Assembly: GCF_000002075.1 (NCBI RefSeq)
Contig: NW_004797410.1
Span: forward strand, 146,815-210,814
Origin: Aplysia californica
Taxonomy: Eukaryota
Length of the DNA stretch: 64,000 nt
Direction: 5' to 3'
This document shows positions 1 through 12,295 of this stretch, piece after piece; the first letter of the stretch is position 1; each line of letters starts with the position of its first letter. The notes beneath the pieces were generated by a model. The model was not told where the DNA came from. It searched no databases and was given only the letters and a program-made list of their open reading frames with translations. A program made the translations under genes and the position numbers.

Positions 1-881
1 GGGGGATTTGTATTGTTGTTGTTGTTCACTCAAATTTCTAATGCCCTGATGCCTCAGATGGTTGTCAGTAGTAGTTGCTCTAGTGGTCCATAAAAAGGAG
101 TTGGGGATGGTGAGTGGTGCTGGAAGAAAATTGGATTTGAAGTCTGGTAATTTCTCCATGTGGAGCTAGTTGAGATCAACTGTTTCATTTTTAAAAGTAG
201 CACGTGGACAGGATGTTAACTGTTATATTGGTTAATGTTTGTAAATCAAGACTATTTAGCTGGAATCAAACTCTTCTTTTACGGGCAAGGCAAAGTGCAA
301 AATCATAACTTCATTAGTACCAATCTGATTATTATACTTTGGCATAATTCAGGTGCAGATTTAATTAAATGATCTCTTTGGATGACTGCATACATACAAT
401 GATGCCTCTGTGTTTAATTGGACAGTGCTCAAAATAATTATTTTTGCCTTTCCACTCACGCTGAGACACAAAGTCCACTGATGTTATCACTCCTCATCTA
501 AACGCTGCCAAATTTTGAAGCCACAATATAATATATAACATTATATTTATGTGTATTTGGTTGTAGGTTGGTTTTTTTAAAAGAGCCAAATCAGAAAAAG
601 GTACACCTGTTGGTCATTGACCTTCTCTTAAACATACTGTTAAATGAGAGAAAATCCAGTCTCCCCAGCTTTAAAAAGTAAAGATAGCTGTCCTGGTGTT
701 CTTCTGCTGAATGTTCGCAACTGCTACATATTATAACATACAAATTAATGAACATACGAAGCACAGGAGTTTGTGAGAACTTTTAGCACTCATTCCTTTT
801 GCGCCTCTTATTGAGTATGCTACAAATCGAATGCAGTGTGCAGTATCCCTTGTCTTATCTTTCATTTTTCTTATTCCTCAG

Positions 882-2199
882 ATCCATTTTCTTCCAGTTC
901 AAGATGCGTTTTGATGGTCACAAATTGGCTGTCATAAACACTGATGACAAGGGTGGGGCAAAGATCACTGTGCAGGTTCCAGAAGAGTATGAGAACGACC
1001 TGGTCTTCTTTTATCAGCTCAGATTTGCAGAGAAAGAAAAGTCCAGAGAGACAACATATCGGGGCTCTCCGTTAGAAAGATTTGTGTTTCAAACAATGGT
1101 GGACAATTCTGTTACATTCAGCGTGCATGTGCCTACTCCGGGGCAATATTTCATGGAGATTTTCGCTAACAAAATTGATGACAGTGGGCGAGTGGAAGAG
1201 AACAATGCAAATGTGGCCCCTTTCAAGCTGAAGTGTGCGTGCAAATTCAAAATAATTTGTGAGAACCTGTCCGGTAAAATGCACCCTCTGCCAAACTGTG
1301 CTGCTGGGGAGTGGGGTCCTAAAAAGGCTCAGAGGCATTTTGGCATTACGCCTTTGATGTTACCCTCTTCAGAATTTGAAATGGAAAAAGTAGGGATGCT
1401 GACAGTTGAGGACAATTTTGAGCTTAAGTTTCGCACACCACACCCTTACCAGTTTGTGGCAAAGCTCAGGATGAATCACGTAGAAAGTAAGACATTAGAT
1501 CCATTTGTGAGTTTGTCCAGTGAGGGTTCAGTGTTGACCGTCTATGTGTCGTTACCTCAGCCAGGACAGTTTGGTTTGGATATCTTCGCTAGGCCTAAAG
1601 GTGCCGTGGACACAACGACTTTGTCCCATGCTTGCAAATACCTCATCAACTGCACTAAAGTGGAGTCTCAAGTGTACATTCCCAAAGTCCCGACAGAATC
1701 CAAAAGGTCAAAGTTTGGCCCAACCCCAGCCTTTGACGAATTAGGGTTGAAATTGGTGTCCCCGAAAGAATCCAAGATACGAGTGGGCAAGACAAATGTT
1801 GCAGCTGTTGAGGTTCAGGTTCCATCAAAGATTGTGCTTTCATATCAGTTTCTTCGTGAACCAGATGAAGATAACAGAGACTATGTGACACAGTCTCGTG
1901 AAGCAAATGGCACTGTAAAGTTTAATGCCACCATGCCGAAAAAGGGAAATTACATGCTGTGTTTGTATGCACGAAAGGAAAACAGTGACGACAAGTCCGC
2001 ACCAAATGTCTACAATTTCTTACTTCAATACATGCCTGAGGCGGGTGATACAAATGGAACAGCTGATAAGCCACCAGAGAAAAAGTCGTCTTCCTTTTTC
2101 AAGAAATCGCTTTTTAAGAAGTCAGACAGCAAAGACAAACTGGCCAATGACAAACTTTCTGATCGATCTTCTGACAAATCCTCTGATAAGTCAAATTGA
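882..2199 (+). CDS. Hil: Terminal coding exon of a hillarin / KY-like protein (C-terminal Ig-like KY repeats); upstream exons lie outside the window
   Basis: Long ORF 799-2199. A pyrimidine tract and acceptor (ttcatttttcttattcctcag|A) at 881/882 give ...R|SIFFQFK. Repeated motifs P.PGQY.MEIFA, PQPGQFGLDIFAR, SHACKYLINC, GNYMLCLYAR and LPNCAAGEWGP resemble hillarin/KY C-terminal repeats as I recall them (no search run). Ends in an S/K/D-rich tail. Confidence 0.75.
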
Positions 2200-5057
2200 G
2201 AACCCTAGAAAAATGAGCAGGTTGGAACACTTTCTTCTTTCAAGAAGTCAGTTGTGCTTTGTTTCTTGACACTTTTTCGAAGGTAGCATGCAGTATCGTC
2301 AGTTCAGAACGGTTTTAACTCCAAGGTACTCTGTGTCTTCGTGCATGCTTTCTTCAGTTACGATAAACTACTTGAAAGTAATCGACCATGAAATATAAGC
2401 ATAGAAAAAAAAATAGGTTTAAATGTGAAGAAGTATGTCACTTATACAACTTTTTTTTCAAAATAGATCTATATATTATATGTGTACAACTTCAATAACC
2501 AAAGATAGCCTTAATGCACCTTAACTTTTGGTGTTATTGACCATATCTCTGAATGGGGACGTAAAAAGTGGTGTTTACCCAACCGAATGTCAGAAATGTT
2601 ATCAGCCAGCCCTCTCCTTCCGTATTCACTAATTTGTAGTCTATCTCCATTCCAGACTTTCTTTCTTTGTTTCTGCATCCTGCTTTGGCGACCTAGCGTA
2701 TGGCCCATACTTAGTTTCTTTTTTCTAGACATGCAGTCAGAAGGCAGAACACGTTCTCAGCTGATTGTCCTCTCCCTCCCCCATCTATGTCAAAATATTT
2801 CACTTGCTGGTAGTCTCATTCGGTTTGCACCATTAGCACAGTTAGTATCATTCTGGACTATGGAGGCATGATCCTAGGTTCAAATCCTTATATAAAAAAG
2901 ATTTGAATTTGAGTTGATTCAGCAGTTTCAGTGGCTCTCAGACATCTTTTCTCACTTGCAACTGAGATAAAGGTTCGCAAATAACCTGTGTCGAAAGTAA
3001 CGTTGAACTGGAACTATATCATTCCAAAAGACAAAGCCAAATACGGTACTTTAAGTTTTAGTGTCATTAATTGGCAAGGTTCACTTTTTAGTACAGAGAC
3101 TTAAAGAAATTCCCCTGCTGACCCTGTGCTTGTATTTGAATTATAATCTTTAATATGATTTCTTCAAGTACTGACATGTCAAGGAGAATATGAGTATTCT
3201 TTTCTAAAAAGTAAATGCTTGTATTTCTATGCAAAACTTTGGCTATTCATGGGATTTTTATATTTAAACTGCATTCATGTACATTGTTTCACACTGAATC
3301 ATTTATTTTCATTTATGCTGTGCTGCTTACAACTTAACTGTTTGTAATGGAAATGTAATTGAAGTCAGAGTGACTGAGAGGCTGAGATTTCACATTGTCC
3401 TTCAGGATATTCTTCTTTTCTGGTTTTGTTTTGTTTTTTGTGGTGTTATGTTATATTTGTTGTTTTGATTTTAAGAGCGTGCTGTTGCAGTGATAATGAT
3501 TTAGTGCTTGCAAAAACAAAAGCAAAGAGAGAAAAACAAACATTTGAGAAGGAACTTGTACTAACTGATCATCACTGTGCCAGAGTGCTTCCCAGTCACA
3601 TAAACTCATTTGTTGTACTTTCATAAGCATACATAGGCCATATCAATGGTGGGTTTCACATTGTGGATGTTACAGTCGTGGGCTTTTTTATTGCTAGACA
3701 GGACCCTTGATTGACAGGTCTACACAAAACAGAGCGTGAAAGGAGGCAAAATAGGTACATGTACAAAGTAGGAAAATATGCAACCCTTTGGTTGGGGAGA
3801 TTTAGGTATGTGAGTTTTACCTTGTGAGTGGATGAGTTGTGCCCCATTTTATACGACAGCAGACTATTTATATCCACCAGTCTGCTCAGGGTGTGTCAAA
3901 CTCAAAGTCGGAGACATGGAACATAAGTGGAAGCTTGATCAATGCCACTTTCTTGTTCATGACTTCTGCAGCATCTCCTGGGTGATGGAGTAATTTAAGA
4001 GTTGAAAGAGAGACCCCTCCATAATAGCTGCTCTTTTACCTTGCTTACCCTTATTACGGTACTTGTTTGGGTTTTTTAGTTTGTAATTTTGTTTTCTGCT
4101 TGTTGACTTTTTTTTTAAAAAGCTTGTTGTTTTAAAGAAATGGATGAGTGGGAGAAAAGGAAGAGACATATTATTATTTCTCTCTTTCTGGGAGTCCCAT
4201 TATCGAGACACTTCAGTTTGGTTATGCACCATGTACTGTGTTTACTTCTCGCTTCTGGTACTTGTTTTTGCAACCTGTGCTTGTTATTGGACTGTAGTTG
4301 TCAGGTCTTCTGGAGTTTTAGCTCTGTACTGACTGGCATTTGTGGTGTAGAGGGTAGGCGCTTTGTCATTGCTCACAGAAGACCAGAGTTTGAGCCCTGT
4401 ATGGGGAGAACTCTTTTCAAGTGTTTCGGTTTTTCTCACGCTGGGATGTTATTTCCCTCTCAGCCTGGGTTGGCCTTGACAACCGCCTCCTATATAATCT
4501 AAATTTTGTCGATGGAAACATAAAAACACTGCATTGTGTTTGCTGATTCTCTCAGACCTTGTTGACCTGGACAAAACTTCAGAAACAGAACCAAAGGAAT
4601 ACTGTTCTTCTTCCCATTCCATTTAAAATGTGATTTTTGTTTGTTTTGTTGTTGAATTGTGCTGTTACATATTACTGCCCACAAGCATTTTACTTGTAAA
4701 GGAGGAAACAGTTGAATTACGCTAAGATGCAAATCAAAATATAAAAGCCTTTCAAACTAACTTCATAGCTCGCTTTATATAAGTAGTCTAGGCCTACATG
4801 TATTCGTGTGCCATTGAGGTATTCGTCTCCATCTGGGGTTACGTGATGGCTTCCGTACAAAATGAATGTGCACCCTTTGCCACATTGGAATTGATGATAC
4901 ATGTAATTACGTTTAATCTAGCCAATACATGTACAATGCTGATTAGCACATATCTGTCTGTATACTGTATTGATATGATAATAACATACATGAAATTACA
5001 AACAAGACTAGTGTGTGAAAGAGACAACAGTGGTGCAAACTCTGTCTCAATCTCGAA

Positions 5058-5063
5058 AATAAA
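5058..5063 (+). terminator. Candidate poly(A) signal of the hillarin-like gene (second candidate at 6773-6778)
   Basis: AATAAA followed about 15 nt later by a T-run; usage is inferred only. Confidence 0.3.
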
Positions 5064-6838
5064 TTTCATCCAATAGATTTTTTTTTTTTCAGAGCCAATA
5101 TGGCTGGAATTATAGCCTAGGCCGTATATGAAGCTGTTTTTAGTTTTAGAAGGTTTTTACAGCAACATTTGTTCAAATAAGTGCTGAAGATTAGAAGTGT
5201 TACTAGAGTGTAACAAAAGCAAAAAAGAAGGAGGAGAGATAAAGCCGATAGCTATTTGATAGGAAAGAAGGAGCAAACCACAACAGAGCACCTGCCAACC
5301 ACCCAGTAAAAAAACTGGGTATGTCTTGGTTTGAAGAACTGCATGAGAGAAACAGATGAGACACGACTACCCCCCTTGAAAAATGTGCAGAATTTTTACT
5401 GGCTTGTCTTCCCTCTCACAGGCTGATGCAAAAAGTTATAACTTACCTAAACTGATTTTTGGACTTACATACATGTATGCCTGTTATGTGATGTGAAAAG
5501 CCTTTCCTGACAGCCCCCCCCCCCCCCCATACCATCCTCCAGTCTTTTTTCATACTTTCCAGTTGATGGAAATGTGTATACATAATTATTTAACCATTCT
5601 ACTGTGAGATAAGATTACTAAACCTTGCAAAATAGAAAATATTGTTTCTGAAGTAATGTACTTTTGTCTTTCAATATCGGTACATTCCAGAAAACATTAT
5701 GCATTAATAATAATTATTTTGGCCTTCTCTGAGTGCTTAATGGTATTGCCATGTGTACTCTCTGTCTGTGAGCCTTTTAAGAATTTGAATGTTCTCTGGT
5801 TAACCTATTATGGTGAATGCCAATACTCTGTAAACTGGTACTACTAAGTTTATTCAGGATTATGTATCGTTTGTTATATGTTAAGAAATTCTATGGTCTG
5901 TGCTTGCATCATGTATCATGTACAAGTAAAACAATCTATATACATACACTTACACTTCTCATTCATATGTGTACATATATGTGTATATATTGTGTGTGCA
6001 TGAGTGTATGTATGTATGTGAATGCTTCATTTGTGTGTATGTGTACGTATGTATGTTGGAAGGAATACACACACGTGCATATATTNNNNNNNNNNNNNNN
6101 NNNNNNNNNNNNNNNNNNNNNNNNNNNNNNNNNNNNNNNNNNNNNNNNNNNNNNNNNNNNNNNNNNNNNNNNNNNNNNNNNNNNNNNNNNNNNNNNNNNN
6201 NNNNNNNNNNNNNNNNNNNNNNNNNNNNNNNNNNNNNNNNNNNNNNNNNNNNNNNNNNNNNNNNNNNNNNNNNNNNNNNNNNNNNNNNNNNNNNNTCAAA
6301 TGCTGAAAGTTTATATTTTTATGAAATGCATGCAATTTCAACATCACTCTCAGAGGTGGAACCTGCTAAAATTTCTTTTGGTAGATACTCTTAATGTGTA
6401 CATGTGGAACATACAAAAGAATTCAGTACCTTTAAAACACTCAAGAGCATTCTGCTCAAAGTAACATAGCAAGTAGTGGGGTTATGTAGTGATCATATAA
6501 TATGTTTGGAGAGTCTGGATTCTTACCGCTTTTTGTACCAGACAAAGTCAGAACTACTGTAGGCCTACTCATGATACAGATGTATGAGGTAGGCCTACAG
6601 GTTCAAAGTACAGAAAGTGTTCCTGTGCTAACATGGAATGAAATAAGAAACCCATGAAGGGAAGGATGCGCTTTATGCTGTAGCAAGCTCCCTTTTTTTT
6701 GCTTCTCCCAAAATGAAAAGTAATTTTACTGTTTTGTTCCGCTTTATTTAAAAATGAATAGATCTTTGCTGTAATAAAGCTTTTGGCCAGTTATGCACCC
6801 CAATTACATTGTGCTGGTTTAACCAAGTTTGTTCATTA

Positions 6839-6844
<6 letters not shown>

Positions 6845-6920
<76 letters not shown>
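6845..6920. repeat. (TA)n(TG)n compound microsatellite
   Basis: Directly visible. Confidence 0.95.
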
Positions 6921-6921
<1 letters not shown>

Positions 6922-7360
6922 CGCATCGTGGTGAATCAGACACTTGTCAAAATAATGAAATCGAAGAAATAGGCATTTTTCTGCCAGTTTGGCAATTTTT
7001 ATCAAATTTTTGTATTTTAAATATACACCTTTTATGTCCATTAGAAAACACACTGCCGTGTGGATTTAACTGAAAATCATTGCTCAAAGGCGGACAAAAT
7101 GTAAATTTCCAGTTTCCAAGGACACTGAAGCTTTGGAAGTCATCAAACTTTGACGGCCATTTTTTCACTAATTTTAACTTTGACGCCAAGCGACTCCCAC
7201 CTCCTTCAAACTTCAAACGCAAATATCTTGACGTCTATTTAAAATTGATGGGCATTTTTTCCACCAAATTCAAGACTAATGAACAAGCTTTCAGATAATA
7301 CCAATAGCTCCACATGCCCGAAAATTGACGAGCGCCTGGTTCCACCGCGTCGTGACACAT
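6917..7360 (+). mobile_element. MITE family A (about 440 bp, imperfect TIRs, (A)TGTG...CACAT ends), copy 1
   Basis: Left tgtgacgcatcgtggtgaatcagacacttgtcaaaat; right ttgacgagcgcctggttccaccgcgtcgtgacacat. Internal sequence is shared with four other copies. Confidence 0.8.
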
Positions 7361-8796
7361 AAACAATCATTGGCTTATTACTATGATACCGTAGACCTCT
7401 CTCCCACTTTTTCCCCTTCCACAATGGTACAATACACATTTACTGCATATTTATTTCCCTTTCAACCCCCCCCCTCCCCCCCACATTTTATTACTTTGAT
7501 GGGCATTTTTTCCACCAAATTCAAGACTAATGAACAAGCTTTCAGATAATACCAATAGCTCCACATGTCTACCATGCTTTTTCCCAGCCCTATGTAACCT
7601 TCATTGTGTTAATGTGCATTAAAAAATGATACCGTAGACCTCTCTCCCACTTTTTCCCCTTCCACAATGGTACAATACACATTTACTGCATATTTGTGTA
7701 TGTCTTTCTTCTCTTTAAGGGCATTTTATTACTTTTAAAGTAAATGAAGGCCATTTACAGCATTGCTTACGTCCATCTTGTCCCCATACACATGTGGAGA
7801 CTACAGGGGGGAAAATGACAGTAGTCACAAACTGAAAATCGTGAGGGTACTAATTTTGAACAGTTGTTGACTCCTAGCTGTATTTCTGTTCAACTGTTGG
7901 TTCATTATTGTTGCTAGATTTCCCATTCAACAACACTTAACAATAAACCACCAGTCAAACAAATATGAAGTTATGAGTCCAAAAGCTTTTAAAATTTGGC
8001 ACCCTCACAATTTCCAGTTCGTGACTACCATCGTTTTTCCCCTGTAGTCTTCATGTACTTTTAACACTTGTGAAAAAAAAACATTTTCTGCCCACAACAT
8101 TATTAAAATTAAGACAATTTTAAAAGGAGGTGGGCCATGTCGATCCTGCCTTGCAGTGTGAGATACTTCCCAACACAGAGATAGAATTTTTTTTGTTGAA
8201 ACTACCATTCCCATTTCCACAAGGGATCTGAACTCTCATCTTTTGTGCACAAGGTAGAGAGCCTATCCATTACACCATGCCCTGAGTTGTGTATGCCTTA
8301 ATGCTTTAACCATTCTAGCAATTCCACTACATGTACATGATATATTATTGTAATTCCCCTTGTGTGCTGCCTTTTCATATATCTCCACTTTATTTCCCTG
8401 TTTGGTTGTACAGTATGTTTACATATATACAGAAATATGTCCATTTCGACAAATATGATGTATTTATGATGCTGGGAATTGTATTAAAAATGCTAATCAT
8501 TAATGGTTTTGTTTTGATTATACGTTGTAGCTAAAGATTGAAGATGAATTACGCCCCCATTGACACGATTTAGATCACTTAGAAGGCAGGATGCTTTGAC
8601 CCTGCCTGTCGGGGCCAATTCAGGCTAAGAGGGATACATGTACAACGAAGCACATATGAAAGACTGCATGAAAAAATTCTCAAGCCAACTGTTGGTTCCA
8701 TGGAAATAAGAGTTAATTGAGGAAGCAAGAGAAGTAGACAATCATTACAAATTGACAAGTACTCTTTTGGACATGCTGTTCACAACATTCTCATTC

Positions 8797-9247
8797 ATGT
8801 CTTGACACGGTGGATTCAGGCACTCTTCAAATTTTGGGCATGTGGAGTTAGTGGTATCATCTTAAACTTGTTCATTTTCTATCTTTCAGTGATAAAAATA
8901 CCTATGTTAATGTATCTTTAAAAGAAGTCGCGATATTTGTGACTGAAGGAAGTGGGGTCGCCTGATTTCAGAGGTTAAATAAGAAAATAAATGAGAAAAT
9001 GGCCTCCAAAGGTTGGTATTTTCCAATCCCTGAGAGTCCTTGGAAAATTTACATTTTTTGTGCCTTTAGTCAACGACTTTCAGTAAAATCCACACAGAAA
9101 TGTGTTTTTGAATGGACATAAAAGCTGTTCAGCAAAAAAACCCACCAAAAATTCAATAAAAATTGCAAAACCGGTAAAAAAAATGCTAGTAGTACCTTCG
9201 ATTTTATTGTTTTAACCAACGCCTGATTTCACCACAAAGTCTCACAT
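8797..9247 (-). mobile_element. MITE family A, copy 2 (diverged, inverted)
   Basis: cacggtggattcaggcactcttcaaatttt...gcctgatttcaccacaaagtctcacat, reverse-complement similarity to copy 1. Confidence 0.75.
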
Positions 9248-10416
9248 TTATAATATGAGCATTTTCCTCTACACCCCTACTCATAGTAGTCATAGTGGTT
9301 AGGCACTTTGCTGTTAGACACTCTCATTCTCACTCTTATGAGCACCTTCAAGGAGTAGGACCTTATTAATGTCCATTTCCAATTGGACCAGATGAAGCAG
9401 GAGTAGGACAGCAATGAACACTCCTCAAGTTCAAGAATGCCCCCGTCAGCAACTCCCCCCCCCCCCAAACCAGGGCAGTGCCACTGACTGAAGTTGTCTT
9501 TAGGCCATTCCCAATGGGGTAATATTAACATGTTCCTATGCACAGTAGAATTGTAAATGGGCTGATTTATCAATGTTATGCTCATACTGTGCCGGAACAA
9601 CATAGGGGGAACTGCTGCTTTTTCTTTCCTCATCCTTACTATCGTCATTTTTCCTCTACTTCTTTTGTATATTTGTCACTCTCTTGTGAACTGCTATTTC
9701 CTGGGTGCCTTGATAGTCGAAGCAGATTTTGTGCTGTTGAGGCTAGAGAGGTGAGCAGAGTAAGCCTGATTTCCCATTTGGACTTGTCTGTTGACATCCA
9801 CCCCTTTGCACTCATATGACCTTATGCAGTTGCGAACGCCATAAAATTTTGCTAAAACTAAACATCAGCAACTCTAACCAGGGTTGTCAAAACAGCACAC
9901 GGTGTCACTTTTCGCCTGATTCTGTTACCTTTAGTTAGCGTGACTCAGCAGCCCGCCGGAGCTCCCCGGCTCGTGGTCACGGAGCCCTGAAGCGACTTTG
10001 CCGGTGTCAGTTAGGAAGTTCACATTTTTTACTACGCTTAAAACGATATAACTTCTTCCCCATCCCACACAGCAAACCATTACGCGAATGCACTAAAAGC
10101 TCAATGTCTTGAGATTTATTCTGCGTTAGAATGGTTAATTTATGTGACTTAGTTTTTGTTCTAGACAAGTTTTTGTAGAGTACCCAATTTGTCCTATTTT
10201 AGTTTCAAACTTATGAATAAATGATGGTAAATTTTAAAAAGGCACGACAGATCTCTCCAAAATCTATGTTAAACTGACTACGAATATCATGTCTTTTACC
10301 ATGAGAAATATTTTAAATCTGCGCGAGTAGTAATAGTCAAGTTATAAGAGAAGAAAGATGCACATCTGCATTTTTTAACTAAAGACAATCAGTGTTAACT
10401 CTTATTTTACTATTAA

Positions 10417-11125
10417 AGGCTACACCCCCAAAGTCAAATTTCGGCTCAAAATTATGGAATTTGAGTTGTAGGCATTTTTAGCTTCCTCTGCCTCGCCTAC
10501 AACTATTTCATCGCCTAAGAACCCCCCAAAACCGTATTTTTTCCCATACCGGGCATGTTTGTGGCCGCCATTTCCTCATAAAGTCAGTATTTTATTTTTC
10601 TTTATCGGCCGTTTTCTCAAAACGCTAATATTCTCTATACTTTTTTGAATAACTCCACCATTTATCATCCAATCTTTATGAAATTTTCACAGAATGAAGA
10701 AAAGAGGTAATGCTAAAAATGTGTTTGTTGAATTTTTGATATATGGAATAGATTTTTGTTGGTGGTGTCTGGAGTGTGGATTTTCACGGATTTTTCGCAA
10801 ACTTGAATGTTACCCCAGGAAAAAATTCATTAAAAATTTTCTAACTCGTTTAGGAATAAAATAACAGACAAATTTTAAAATCTGATGTTTGTGAACACGC
10901 ATGCAAAAAAACAATCAATTTCCATGAGCGATAAGTGCGGTATTCATTACGCAAGACATGTCAACAAAATCCAATATGGCCGCCGTATCCATGGAAACGA
11001 AACTTTTTTTTATCAAATTTGATTGCGGAATCTAAGACTCCTTACTATGCTTGTTATATATGTGAAATTTGGTAAAATTCGGTCCAGTAATAAGCGAGAT
11101 AGCCTTCAGGTGTAAACCCCCCCCC
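10417..11125. mobile_element. Probable non-autonomous Kolobok-like DNA element (decayed right end)
   Basis: Begins TTAA-AGGCTACACC. Internal motifs (tttatgaaattttcacag, atggccgcc..ccatggaaacg, gtgaaatttggtaaaattcggtcc) recur in a similar fragment at about 48900-49520. The right end ggtgtaaacc is only partly complementary. Confidence 0.4.
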
Positions 11126-12289
11126 CTAAACAAGAGAAAGTTACTCTGCGTTTGTTCATGAATCATGCTGTGTCTGTGGCAGCCTGCATACAACTAAAAA
11201 GATATAATATAAGCGATTAAAAGCCCCCCACAAAACCGTGTAAATACATGGGTAGAGATAAACTTCTTGTTTGGAATAAAAAATGATCACAGCTAACACA
11301 TTCATTCTTAGTTTTTGTGTCGGAAATATGCGCGGACACAATTAGGAATGTAAAGAAATCAGTCACATTGTCAGTTATTGCAAATGGTCATAGAAACGAA
11401 AAATAAAGCTGGAAAAGTCTTGTGCTGATTCAGTGTCCCTGGAAAGCTAAAAATTATTCTTGTTACCCAATTACGAGAAGTCATCCCTATTATTCAGTCA
11501 ACTTAGAAAACCTAGACTTAGCGTTTTAAGAAAAGTAAGGAATTTCTGAAGTGTAACAGATACTGTTCGTGTATTACATTGAAGATGTATTCTGGCCCTA
11601 AAATCGATTTGTACTTTTCATAGAGAATCTTCATGGTAACTTTTATAAACTTTTGAGAATATATGCGAATATTCACGATTAAATTAGACACCTAAAGTTG
11701 TATTTGGAGGAATTACTTCATAGTGAATTGTGTGCCCGATGGATAAAGTTGCAAAACTACAGCTTCCTATTATATGCGCAGATACCATCTTTTCTGAGTA
11801 TCTGCACCAATGCTATGTTGTTCATGTTCCAAAAGTTCGACAGATTTTGTCGAGGCCTATTTTTTATATTGATTTTTTTTCATTCAGGCTAGTCCAAAAA
11901 AAATTACAATTTAGCATTGCCGACTCCAGCGCATCTAACGAAATAACCAGACAAGTTACAACGTCCGTTCTTTTTTGAGTCTCAAGACAGAAATGCATGC
12001 TTTGGGTGCACTAAATGAGATTACCATAAATACAATGATACACCTAAAATTGTACGTTGAAAAGTATAAAAAAATTAAGTCGGCCCAGACAGAGCGGCGA
12101 CAGGGAGCTGACCCCCGTGACCCCGACGTGATAAGGCGCCCGGCGGGGAACCCCCCGTGGCAACTAAAATTCCACTGCCGGTGCGCCGTGAGTGGAGCAG
12201 CATGACAGATTTTCATACAGCTCACATCAAACAATACACCACTCACAAGAAAAAAAACCCCCAAAAACGTCACAATGAATTCTTATTGC

Positions 12290-12295
12290 TTTATT
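12290..12295 (-). terminator. Candidate distal poly(A) signal of membralin
   Basis: TTTATT on + (AATAAA on -) followed on the - strand by a G/U-rich tract (12245-12275); a second AATAAA lies at 12395-12400. Confidence 0.35.

Noticed and set aside
799-881. N-terminus of the 466-aa ORF as real protein
   Set aside because: It starts at TTG and runs through a polypyrimidine tract and acceptor, so it is intronic; the exon begins at 882.
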